Origin: an uncultured Candidatus Actinomarina sp.
GTDB lineage: Bacteria > Actinomycetota > Acidimicrobiia > Actinomarinales > Actinomarinaceae
Assembly: GCA_902521955.1 (NCBI GenBank)
Contig: CABYTP010000003.1
Span: 5,910-69,909 of the forward strand
Direction of reading: 5' to 3'
DNA: 64,000 bases
Shown here: positions 55,568-64,000 of the stretch, one piece after another
How positions within the stretch are numbered: the stretch's first letter is position 1
Layout: each line of letters begins with the position of its first letter
Made by a program: the position numbers and the translations under genes
The notes under the pieces: generated by a model
The model's input: the letters and a program-made list of their open reading frames with translations, nothing else
What the model was told of the DNA's origin: nothing
The model's database searches: none

Positions 55568-55942
55568 TTACTCACCTCCTACTTCATCAAGCTTAATAAT
55601 TGCGCGATGTTCATCAGGTCCCCTAAGAAACATTTGTGAAATCACGCCATATTTGTTTTTAATGACGCCTACTGCTTCAGCTTTTGCTACAGGTTCAGTA
55701 ACTAGTGACCCTATAACATCTAAGCTCTCTGAAAGTCTTTTAGTTCCACTTTGGTTTGTTATATAAATTGTTGCTTTACCGTTATTTCTAACTCTTTTAA
55801 CTTTTCCAGCATTCAGACTTGTAGTTACAACTAGTGAATTATCATGTGGAGCAACCCAAACTGGCGTTGTTACTGGTGAGCCATCTTTTTTATAAGTAAT
55901 TAGATTTATGTATTCGACATCTTTGAAATCGTTAAAGTCCAT
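55568..55942 (-). CDS. PPOX-class (pyridoxamine 5'-phosphate oxidase-like, probably F420-dependent) protein
   Basis: 124 aa. LITYKKDGSPVTTPVWVAPHDNSLVVTT is the typical split-barrel PPOX N-terminus found in actinobacterial F420 enzymes. Confidence 0.65.
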   Translation of the reverse strand: MDFNDFKDVEYINLITYKKDGSPVTTPVWVAPHDNSLVVTTSLNAGKVKRVRNNGKATIYITNQSGTKRLSESLDVIGSLVTEPVAKAEAVGVIKNKYGVISQMFLRGPDEHRAIIKLDEVGGE

Positions 55943-56133
55943 ATAGAAATAATACGTTAAAAATAATTTAATAAAAGCTCTGGAAGCTGTCTCAGCCTGC
56001 GTGCAACATAATCGTTAGAAATTAATAAATAAATCAAAGTTAGAATGAACAAGAATTTAAATAGATTTTTTCTGATGTACATAAAGTTATAGTAAATATT
56101 TTTTTGTGTACATGTTTACCATTAAACAGAAGG

Positions 56134-56772
56134 TTATGTTGGGGTATCTCCTTCATTAAAATCTATGTTCAACATACCTGCATAAACAGGTCCCATATAT
56201 GCTACAGTGCTTCCGTCAAACAAGTCAGTTTCTGATTCGCTATCAAGAACTGCTTGTAGTTTTGTGACTGCGGCATCCATGTCTTCTTTGGAATCCCAAA
56301 AGTTCCAACTAATTGCGCTATTTCCATCGAAAATTGCACCTGTAACTTGGAGTCCTTCTGACTCTTCGTAAATTGGCTCTACTTTTTCTTTTAGAAAATT
56401 TAACACTGCGTCTGTTTCTTTTGCTACACCAACTACCAATCTCAAGTAGCTTGGTCTCTGACTGTCTTTGGCCATGGTTTGGTATATCTTTCCGTAGACA
56501 GCATCTCCTTCATAAACAACCGGAGGTGCAGACATTAAACTTCCTGCACCTGATAAAACTCCTTCAATTTGCTCTTGTGCTGCATCTAAATGCTCTTTAC
56601 TTTCATAGCATGACAAGTTTATACCTGAATTTTCTCCAGTTATTGCTGCCATCATTGTTAAAAGACCCGGTGTTCCTGCAAACTCAGGTATAACCTTTTC
56701 TTTAACATAAGAAACTGCCTCATCTCTTTTCCCATCCTGCAGAGCAGGGATAGTTATTCTAAAGTACATCAT
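56134..56772 (-). CDS. tandem ABM/dimeric alpha-beta-barrel-like protein, paralog 1
   Basis: 212 aa with an internal duplication (YFRITIP ... SCYESKEHLDAAQE and YLRLVVG ... WNFWDSKEDMDAAVT). Each half has the ABM-like pattern. Alignable to the ORF at 57429-58070. Confidence 0.45.
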   Translation of the reverse strand: MMYFRITIPALQDGKRDEAVSYVKEKVIPEFAGTPGLLTMMAAITGENSGINLSCYESKEHLDAAQEQIEGVLSGAGSLMSAPPVVYEGDAVYGKIYQTMAKDSQRPSYLRLVVGVAKETDAVLNFLKEKVEPIYEESEGLQVTGAIFDGNSAISWNFWDSKEDMDAAVTKLQAVLDSESETDLFDGSTVAYMGPVYAGMLNIDFNEGDTPT

Positions 56773-56786
56773 TTCCTTTCTATTAA

Positions 56787-57416
56787 TTAAACCTCATGTT
56801 TTCCGATAGCATCACCAACTCCAATTATGAAAAGTGGATATAAGATAACTCCACCAAGAACAAATAGCCCCGCAAAAGCTGCGGCTGGTATGATTCCAAA
56901 AAGAGTTAGTGCTTGAGCAGGAATTATTATTGCAGCAAAGATGGTTCCAACAGTTTGGGTCCTCTTACTCAATAAATTTCCTCTTCGCTTGTCAGTCCTG
57001 ACTAGCAAATACGCATACATTCCATATAAGAAAAATATTGTATTTGTAAATGAGCCTGATATTGCACCAACAGTATCAGTATCTAAGACTGTATCAAAAA
57101 CGCTGTAGTAATTAAATACTGCTCCTAGAGAAAACAACATCTGAACAGTTACACTAACGAACAAGATGTTATGCATATGTGACAAATCAAAAGTTTGTTT
57201 TACATCAAAAACTACATAAATACCCAAAAGTACTCCTGTAGTTAAGAATGCAATTACAAAGTTTAATATCGACGTAATTGGTCCGTAAGTTGGGTCAAAG
57301 CCAACAGAATCTGGTCCTAATAAAAGTGCCAAGATCACAAAATTTGCTAAAACACAAACAGCAATGACTCTTGTTATTGCTTTTAAGTTTTTAATTTCAT
57401 CTTTAAATGTTTCCAT
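56787..57416 (-). CDS. hypothetical 6-TM membrane protein, paralog A
   Basis: 209 aa. Shares GP..S.LNF and LGG..LYPLFI.G.G motifs with the ORF at 58099-58722. Confidence 0.5.
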   Translation of the reverse strand: METFKDEIKNLKAITRVIAVCVLANFVILALLLGPDSVGFDPTYGPITSILNFVIAFLTTGVLLGIYVVFDVKQTFDLSHMHNILFVSVTVQMLFSLGAVFNYYSVFDTVLDTDTVGAISGSFTNTIFFLYGMYAYLLVRTDKRRGNLLSKRTQTVGTIFAAIIIPAQALTLFGIIPAAAFAGLFVLGGVILYPLFIIGVGDAIGKHEV

Positions 57417-57428
57417 TGATAATCCTTT

Positions 57429-58070
57429 CTACAATTTTCCTACAGGAAAATCGACATAATTTTTCCATATATCACATTGACCAGTTATTTCTTGTGGTGC
57501 TTCTGAAATAAGATTTGCAACCGCATCTGAAACAACTGATGAAATAACATCTGATGCAGCATGTGCGGCGTCGTGATTAGTCCAAAAGTTAAAACTAAAT
57601 CCTTTATCTTCAGCTACTTTACAAGCTCCGGTTCCATAAATTCCTTCAACATTTTCGTAAGCTGGATAAACAGTGTTCGTCATAAAATCTGCAACATCAT
57701 CATAGGTTTTACCCTCTTGGGTTCCTCCACCTAAAACAAATCTTGCAAAAAATCCATCTTCACCGTCTTTGGACACTGCAACGTATTGCTGTCCAGCAAC
57801 CATGGTTCCTTCCGTAACTACTGGCTGTCCTGCTAGCATTTCACCAGCTCCTGCTAATGCTTGGTTGAACTTTTCAATAGAAGCATCTTTAGCCTCTTCA
57901 TTAGCCCATGTAGACCATGCCATAAATCTTCCATCGTTAGTGGCACATGCAGCTATTCCTAATAGCCCTGAGATTCCCTCATAAGATGGTATTACTGTAT
58001 TCTTGACGTATTCAAGGGCGTTATTCATTTCACCCTCTTTTACATCTGCAAGAGTTAGTCTTACAAACAT
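57429..58070 (-). CDS. tandem ABM/dimeric alpha-beta-barrel-like protein, paralog 2
   Basis: 213 aa with the same two-half layout (FVRLTLA ... WSTWANEEAKDAS and FARFVLG ... FNFWTNHDAAHAAS). Confidence 0.45.
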   Translation of the reverse strand: MFVRLTLADVKEGEMNNALEYVKNTVIPSYEGISGLLGIAACATNDGRFMAWSTWANEEAKDASIEKFNQALAGAGEMLAGQPVVTEGTMVAGQQYVAVSKDGEDGFFARFVLGGGTQEGKTYDDVADFMTNTVYPAYENVEGIYGTGACKVAEDKGFSFNFWTNHDAAHAASDVISSVVSDAVANLISEAPQEITGQCDIWKNYVDFPVGKL

Positions 58071-58098
58071 AAAACTCCTTCCTTAAAGTTTTAAGCCC

Positions 58099-58722
58099 CT
58101 ATTTTTTCGGAGCTGTTTCCATTGCTTTTCCTAAACCAAAAATAAATAATGGATAAAGTACTAATCCTCCTAAGACAAGTGTGATGAAGCCCACAACTTC
58201 TGGAAGCACTCCATACGCAAAACCAAGTGTACTTACCATAACTAGAGTAGCTCCTCCCCACCCTGCATAATTTGCATAGGTTGGAATTAGGTTAGCTTTT
58301 GTACTTCGTAGAACAGCTATCCCAAATATTCCTATAAAGACTCCCCATGCAGATGTTGCTGCACTAGTTGCATCAATTACCTGGTTAGTTGTTAAGAATG
58401 TTTCACCTATTGAATTCTCTTGTCCAACAGCACCGAATGCTGGCATAGTGTTAACAACGTGTGCGACAAAAGCCATTGTGCCCGTTACGTTAACATATGG
58501 GTTATCATCTCCACCAAATAATTTTGTTCCAATGTAGAGAACAAATAAAAATGCGAAGCTTAAACCAAAGTTTAAAACTGACAAGGCTGGTCCCCATGTT
58601 TCACTATATCCAACTTGGTCTGTAGGAATTAAAAATGCCTGTATGCCGAACGATAATATTATCGTTACAACAAAGACTTTTGACATTGTTGAGCCAAGTC
58701 TTGATTCACTTTCTGTAATCAT
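58099..58722 (-). CDS. hypothetical 6-TM membrane protein, paralog B
   Basis: 207 aa. GPALSVLNF and LGGLVLYPLFIFGLG motifs shared with paralog A. Confidence 0.5.
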   Translation of the reverse strand: MITESESRLGSTMSKVFVVTIILSFGIQAFLIPTDQVGYSETWGPALSVLNFGLSFAFLFVLYIGTKLFGGDDNPYVNVTGTMAFVAHVVNTMPAFGAVGQENSIGETFLTTNQVIDATSAATSAWGVFIGIFGIAVLRSTKANLIPTYANYAGWGGATLVMVSTLGFAYGVLPEVVGFITLVLGGLVLYPLFIFGLGKAMETAPKK

Positions 58723-58733
58723 ATTTTTCCTTT

Positions 58734-59300
58734 CTACTCTGTGCCTGAAGTTGCTTTATCTCCCCAAGCAAAATAATTTCCTAAACTTGTTCCAACTACC
58801 AAAAACAACCATCCAACAAGTCCAATTATTTGGAAATCTTCTGGTAATTCATAACCAAAAAATATATCTGCTGAACTACCAATAGTTATGATAAAAGCAC
58901 CTAAGACAGTTATGTTTTCATATAGTGGACGAAAAATGCCAGTTCCTCTTAAAGTTAAAGTATAAATTAATGAGTTAAAAGCCCAAAAAAAGTACATTGG
59001 GAAAAAACCATCTTCTTCAAGGAGAGTAATTTCAAGAAACGTACCCAAAATAATAACTGAAGCTAATACTGTTGTAGCTGCTTTCCAATATTCTGGAACA
59101 TGCCCCTCTGCAAGATAATAGCCTGCAATAATAATAGAAACTAATGTGAACCCCCAGAAAAAGTTCAACAAATCATCAACTGCGTCTAAAGCTGTTGATC
59201 CTGAGAACTCTACTCCTATAAATACCACATTAATGACTAGAAAAGTCAGTGCATTTTGTCTTGCTAAATCACCGATTGGCTGGGTGAAAAATTTTTTCAT
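58734..59300 (-). CDS. hypothetical membrane protein, distant paralog C
   Basis: 188 aa. Similar TM layout and an LLNFFWGF motif at the position equivalent to LNF in paralogs A and B. Confidence 0.45.
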   Translation of the reverse strand: MKKFFTQPIGDLARQNALTFLVINVVFIGVEFSGSTALDAVDDLLNFFWGFTLVSIIIAGYYLAEGHVPEYWKAATTVLASVIILGTFLEITLLEEDGFFPMYFFWAFNSLIYTLTLRGTGIFRPLYENITVLGAFIITIGSSADIFFGYELPEDFQIIGLVGWLFLVVGTSLGNYFAWGDKATSGTE

Positions 59301-59339
59301 TAGTTAACCTACCTTCCATAAGTTCCCTCTTATTAAATT

Positions 59340-59374
59340 AATGATGTAATTTAACTTCCATAAATTACATCATT
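59340..59374 (-). terminator. 14 bp perfect hairpin between the LLM gene and the membrane/ABM array
   Basis: AATGATGTAATTTA (59340-59353) and TAAATTACATCATT (59361-59374) with a 7 nt loop. AU-rich, followed on the minus strand by AAUUUAAU. Confidence 0.4.
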
Positions 59375-59407
59375 ATTTTACAAAATTTATTTAAGGAATG
59401 GGGTCTT

Positions 59408-60439
59408 TTAAATATTATTTAAAACTAACGGTTTAACTTTTTCTCCAATTAATGAATAGGTTTGCAACAAGTCTTCGTGAGTTAGGCCAGCATTGTCAAT
59501 TTGAAAGGTAAACCGAGATATTCCACCTAAAGCTTTGCTGTGGCGTATTAATTTTTCAGCAACTTCTTCTGGACCGCCTACAACATAAGCTCCTAGTTCA
59601 CTAATTTGTTGATTAAACCTCTCCATGGTAACTGGTGCCCAACCACGTTCTTTACCGATTTGATTAAACCAGGTGCGGTAACCTGGGTAATATTTTTCAA
59701 TAGCTTCCTCTTTTGAGTCTGCTACATAACCAAGTGAGTGAAGGCCTACTTTTAATTCAGATTTTTTATGGCCAGCTTTTTCTGCTGCTTCGTAATACAT
59801 ATCAATTAAGGGACGAAACCTATGTGTTTCGCCACCAATCACAGCCACCATAAGTGGTAAACCAAGAGTTCCCGCACGAACAAATGAAGCTGGTGTCCCA
59901 CCAACACCTACCCATACAGGGAGTTTGTTTTGAACAGGTCTGGGGTAAACTGTCTGGTTTTCCAAGGGTGGTCTAAATTTACCTGACCAAGTAATGTGTT
60001 TTTCATCCCTAATTTTTAGAAGAAGGTTAAGTTTTTCAGCATATAAATTGTCATAATCTTCGAAATCTAATCCGAATAATGGAAATGCTTCTGTAAAAGA
60101 ACCTCTACCTGCAACTATCTCAGCTCTTCCATTAGAAATTAAATCTAACGTGGAATAATTTTGAAAAAGCCGAACTGGATCCATTGCACTTATAACAGCG
60201 ACTGCACTAGTTAATATAATATTTTCTGTTTTTGTTGCTGCAGCTGAAAGTATATTGTGTGCTGCAGAATCTAAGAACTCTTCTCTATGGTGTTCTCCAA
60301 TGCCGAATACATCAAGACCAACTTTGTCAGCATGAACGATTCGTTCAATGAGTTCTGACATTGCTTTTGCATCGTCCTCAACTGTTCCACCTTCATTTGT
60401 CTGAGTTTTCTTTGCGAATGAATCTATTCCTATTTGCAT
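59408..60439 (-). CDS. LLM-class (luciferase-like) flavin/F420-dependent oxidoreductase
   Basis: 343 aa TIM-barrel LLM pattern (GIGEHH ... LSNGRAEIVAGRGS ... GGTP). Confidence 0.8.
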   Translation of the reverse strand: MQIGIDSFAKKTQTNEGGTVEDDAKAMSELIERIVHADKVGLDVFGIGEHHREEFLDSAAHNILSAAATKTENIILTSAVAVISAMDPVRLFQNYSTLDLISNGRAEIVAGRGSFTEAFPLFGLDFEDYDNLYAEKLNLLLKIRDEKHITWSGKFRPPLENQTVYPRPVQNKLPVWVGVGGTPASFVRAGTLGLPLMVAVIGGETHRFRPLIDMYYEAAEKAGHKKSELKVGLHSLGYVADSKEEAIEKYYPGYRTWFNQIGKERGWAPVTMERFNQQISELGAYVVGGPEEVAEKLIRHSKALGGISRFTFQIDNAGLTHEDLLQTYSLIGEKVKPLVLNNI

Positions 60440-61738
60440 TTAGGCAATATTTTTTAAAGTTTGTACAAGACTGTCTATAAGCATTTCTATATGATCAATC
60501 TGAACACTTTCGTTTGGAGCATGTGCATTTCCCAACTCTTCATCTGCAGCTCCAACTAATACAAGCTCTGCATTGGGAAACTCTCTGACAAAGTCATTAG
60601 CAAAAGGTATTGAGCCACCTACTCCTATGTAAGCGGTTTCATTTTCCCAAATTGAATTAAAGCTGTTTACTAGCTCAGTAGTAAAAGGTTTATTCGGATC
60701 TGCTACTACTCCGGAGCCTTTTGAGTTTGGAATAAATTTTACCGATGCATTCCAGGGAATATTATTCATCACATGCTGTTCAAGCATTTTCATTGCATGA
60801 TCTGGGTCTTCGGTTGGAGGTAATCTTAAACTAATTTTTGCTTTAGCTTTAGGAATTACTAAATTAACTGCATCTTTGACAGGTGGAGCATCGATAGCCA
60901 AAACATCTAAAGCTGGTTCTAACCAAAGTCTTTTAGAAATGCTTTCCGTGTCAAATAGGTTGATATCATCTGAGCCAAGCATTTTTTTTAGGAAAGATTC
61001 TTCAAGCTCTGTTACTTGCATGTCTGTTGGGGTTAATCCTTCTATAAGTAACTCTCCTTTTTCGTTGTGAAAAGAAGCGATAATTCTACTTAATACCATA
61101 AATGCATCCGGAACAACTCCACCACCAACACCAGAGTGTATTGGCCTCATGGGTTGATCAACTTCAATAAATGCATCAGCTAAACCTCTAAGTGTTGTTG
61201 TAATTGTGGGAACTCCTATTTTTACATTTCCAGAATCAGCAATAACTATTACATCAGCCTCTAAAGATTCTCTGTTTTGTTCTATAAAAGAAGCCATAGT
61301 TGGTGATCCAATTTCTTCTTCACCTTCTATAAAAATTTTAATATTAACTGGTAGGTCTTCTAAAAGTTTCTTAACAACGTTGTAATGAACAACAACTCCA
61401 GATTTATTGTCACCAGAACCCCTTCCATAAAGCCTTCCCTCTTTTATGACAGGTTCAAAAGGTTCTGTATTCCAAAGGTTTATATCACCTACAGGTTGAA
61501 CATCGTGATGAGCGTATAAAAGTACTGTCTTTTTTGAAGGGTCTATTTCGGTATGTGCTACAACTGCAGGCATTCCTCCAGCAACTTTAATTATCTGGGT
61601 ATCAAGTCCTAATCCTGCAAACAAATTTTCTACAAATTGAGAAGATGCATCGACATCATCTCTGTGTGCTTTATCAGAACTGATAGATTGGATTTTTACC
61701 ATTTCTGATAACAGATTAATTATTTCTTCTTGAGCCAT
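60440..61738 (-). CDS. M20-family metallopeptidase/dipeptidase (ArgE/DapE/CPG2-like)
   Basis: 432 aa. LLYAHHDVQP, GRGSGDNKSG and EGEEEIGS metal-ligand motifs. Confidence 0.8.
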   Translation of the reverse strand: MAQEEIINLLSEMVKIQSISSDKAHRDDVDASSQFVENLFAGLGLDTQIIKVAGGMPAVVAHTEIDPSKKTVLLYAHHDVQPVGDINLWNTEPFEPVIKEGRLYGRGSGDNKSGVVVHYNVVKKLLEDLPVNIKIFIEGEEEIGSPTMASFIEQNRESLEADVIVIADSGNVKIGVPTITTTLRGLADAFIEVDQPMRPIHSGVGGGVVPDAFMVLSRIIASFHNEKGELLIEGLTPTDMQVTELEESFLKKMLGSDDINLFDTESISKRLWLEPALDVLAIDAPPVKDAVNLVIPKAKAKISLRLPPTEDPDHAMKMLEQHVMNNIPWNASVKFIPNSKGSGVVADPNKPFTTELVNSFNSIWENETAYIGVGGSIPFANDFVREFPNAELVLVGAADEELGNAHAPNESVQIDHIEMLIDSLVQTLKNIA

Positions 61739-61764
61739 AAAGATATTGTACGTCTTAAAAATAT

Positions 61765-64000
61765 TTATTCGTAAGAGATGGCCTCTAGAATGTTCTGCCT
61801 TGATGCTCTAATTGCTGGGAGTATTGCAGCAACTACACCAGCAATAATAGATATACCGATCCAAAGAAATGTTTGAGAGATTGATACTGAAAAAACTGTG
61901 AATCCATCATCAGCTAAGGTTTGTATCAAACTCCATGCAAAGAAGATTCCAAGACCCGTACCAAGAGCTGCTCCAAAGATAGCAATTATAGAAGATTCAA
62001 TAAATATCATTCTTCTAATTTGTTTTCTGTATGTACCAATCGCTCTCATAAGTCCAATTTCCCGAGTTCTCTCATATACCGACAAAGATAGTGTGTTGGT
62101 TATACCAAATAGTGCTACAAATATTGAAATAGATAGAAACCCATAGATAACATTTAGTAATAACTGGATTTGATTATTGGCTTCTTCCACTAAGCCATCT
62201 TCATCTCTTATTGCAACCCCTGGATATCCATCAACAATAGAATTTATTTTCTCCTCAAGTTCAGGTGTTTTCTCATACACATTAAAATATAATTCTGTAT
62301 CAAGTGACTCATCACTAAAGAATGAACTGTTTTCTAATAAAACAAAAAATTCAGCTGGTGGTTGGGTTGTCCAATCAAAAATATAAGAGACGGTAAAGCC
62401 CTTTTCTCCCTCTTCAGGAATAGTTAGCAATACCTCATCACCAACTGATAATCCCTCTCTTTCGGCTGTTTGTTTTAAGATTCCAATAGTATCTTTCTTT
62501 AAAAAGCCTTCTCTACTTCCTTCAATATCATCTGTTTTAACAAGATCAAATACCGTCTCGTCTACAGCACCTAAAATTAGAGGCCTTTGGTTATATCCGA
62601 CTACAGTTGCTCTTGTTCGAGATAGTTTTGTCACTTCATCAAGCTCTAACAGCTCTTCTGATAAACCAGTGGGGATTCCAGGTGATGCAAAAACATTTGC
62701 GGCACTAACTTGATAATCAGCTAATATAACCTCGCTAATTAGAGTTTCTGCCTGTGCTTTAAAAGAGGTTGTAATTACATTAGCTAAAGAAATCAATGTT
62801 AGACCTATCATTAAAGCTGAGGCTGTAGACGCTGTTCTTCTTGGTGTTCTTTTAGAATTTTCTGTTGCTAATTTTCCTAAAATTCCAAATATTAAGTTAT
62901 AAAATTTTTCAAATATAAAAACAAAAGGTTTTGTAATTGATGGGGTTATAACTGATATACCAATAAAAATAATACCCGCGCCAAATCCTACTTGCTGAAG
63001 TGAGGAAAGGGTAGGGAGATCTAAAAATTCAAACAAAACGCCAAACAACATTCCAAAACCAATTGTTGATATGAGTGTTCCAAAAATTAACCTTATAAAC
63101 AGTGACTTTCCTTTAGGAGTTGAGATACTGTCTCTTATTGCTTCCATAGGACTTACTTGGGAAGCTTTTCTAGCAGGAAGTAGGGATGAAAGAATTGTTA
63201 CTGTAACACCAATTGCTAATCCAACGAGTGCAGCTTCAGTTGTTAAAACCAAAGGTCCTTCAGGTAATCCGAATTCAAAATATTGCAAGCCCTCTTTAAC
63301 TGCGACCGCAAGTCCAATACCAAGTCCAATTCCCAAACCAGAACCAACAATTGACATAAAAAGAGATTCTGAAATAACAAGTCTATATATTTGTCTCTTA
63401 GATGTACCAAGTGCTCTAAGTAGGGATAGTTCTTTAGTTCTCTGTAAAAGAAGGATTCTGAATGTGTTCTGAATTATAAAAGCACCCACAAATATAGCTA
63501 TTCCAGCAAAAACATTGAGAATTGTATTAAAGAAATCGAGACCTTGCTTAATGGAGTCTGCCTGTTCTGCTGCCGCTTCTTGGGCATTAATTACATTTAA
63601 ATTTTCACTATCAAGACTTGCTATTTGTTCTTTAACTTCGTTTACATCGTAATTATTTTCAACAACAACATTAATTAAGTCGACCTTGCCTGTGGAATCT
63701 AGTAATTTTTGAGCAGTTGTAAAATCGAACAATGCAAATGTTGCACCTCCAGGTGATCCGACATTAGCAAATTCAGCAATTCCCGAAATTGTAAAAGTTG
63801 CAGGAGTTGCTCCGGCCAATACGGTCACTTTATCTCCAACTGCAAAGTCATGATTTTCAGCAGTAAGAACATCCATAACAACTTCTCTAATATTTGTTGG
63901 AGGTTTACCTTCAACTAGCGACCATTGGGCAGCATAGGGGTTGTTATCCCAAGCAGCTCCGAATGTAGGTGCAAATCCATTTTGAACTAATATTGTTTCT
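61765..64000 (-). CDS. ABC transporter permease with two FtsX domains (MacB/LolE-like), 5' end outside the window
   Basis: Two FtsX 4-TM modules, each followed by RELGLLRA-like motifs (KELSLLRALGTSKRQI and REIGLMRAIGTYRKQI). The reading frame stays open from 63877 to the window edge, so the listed Met at 63876 is probably internal. Confidence 0.8.
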   Translation of the reverse strand, partial: ETILVQNGFAPTFGAAWDNNPYAAQWSLVEGKPPTNIREVVMDVLTAENHDFAVGDKVTVLAGATPATFTISGIAEFANVGSPGGATFALFDFTTAQKLLDSTGKVDLINVVVENNYDVNEVKEQIASLDSENLNVINAQEAAAEQADSIKQGLDFFNTILNVFAGIAIFVGAFIIQNTFRILLLQRTKELSLLRALGTSKRQIYRLVISESLFMSIVGSGLGIGLGIGLAVAVKEGLQYFEFGLPEGPLVLTTEAALVGLAIGVTVTILSSLLPARKASQVSPMEAIRDSISTPKGKSLFIRLIFGTLISTIGFGMLFGVLFEFLDLPTLSSLQQVGFGAGIIFIGISVITPSITKPFVFIFEKFYNLIFGILGKLATENSKRTPRRTASTASALMIGLTLISLANVITTSFKAQAETLISEVILADYQVSAANVFASPGIPTGLSEELLELDEVTKLSRTRATVVGYNQRPLILGAVDETVFDLVKTDDIEGSREGFLKKDTIGILKQTAEREGLSVGDEVLLTIPEEGEKGFTVSYIFDWTTQPPAEFFVLLENSSFFSDESLDTELYFNVYEKTPELEEKINSIVDGYPGVAIRDEDGLVEEANNQIQLLLNVIYGFLSISIFVALFGITNTLSLSVYERTREIGLMRAIGTYRKQIRRMIFIESSIIAIFGAALGTGLGIFFAWSLIQTLADDGFTVFSVSISQTFLWIGISIIAGVVAAILPAIRASRQNILEAISYE

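Overview
AT-rich (roughly one-third GC by eye), very gene-dense bacterial chromosome segment. Many genes have overlapping start and stop codons, and almost all intergenic spacers are under 100 bp. Several hallmarks point to Actinobacteria: a WhiB-like gene, GlnR divergent from a type II glutamine synthetase, the rpsF-ssb-rpsR-rplI-dnaB block, and PPOX/LLM (F420-type) enzymes. A streamlined low-GC marine actinobacterium (Actinomarinales-like) is my inference, not something I could check. Content in order: (1) Fe-S assembly genes (Nfu_N-like, A-type carrier, Mrp/ApbC) translationally coupled to the selenocysteine genes selA-selB. (2) A whiB-like gene, an NfeD-like protein, an orphan receiver domain and a CNNM transporter. 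(3) A 12 kb minus-strand sugar-alcohol block. It holds a mannitol PTS with mtlD and HPr. It also holds a glucitol-family PTS with split, reordered SrlE domains, followed by a COG4091-like dehydrogenase, TPP-dependent E1 alpha/beta and a stand-alone lipoyl-domain protein. At its head are gutM, an IspD-like cytidylyltransferase and a frameshifted ptsI. (4) The dnaB/ribosomal protein block, panB, msrA, nucleoside salvage genes, a P450, a Cys/Met PLP enzyme and a penicillin-acylase-family protein. (5) Assorted small-molecule enzymes and transporters. (6) A 635 bp noncoding patch containing a 52 nt tRNA-Val(UAC) 3' fragment fused to the lysA stop codon. (7) A 515 bp noncoding patch with two tandem promoter/hairpin/terminator units that look like paralogous small RNA genes. 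Each lies downstream of a TTCGCGAA palindrome that also occurs upstream of whiB. (8) Acyltransferase and phosphatase genes. (9) An array of three paralogous membrane proteins interleaved with two paralogous tandem-ABM-like proteins, downstream of LLM oxidoreductase, M20 peptidase and FtsX-type ABC permease genes. I saw no rRNA, intact tRNA, CRISPR array, transposase or integrase. All product calls come from motif recognition by eye in the supplied translations. No database search was run.
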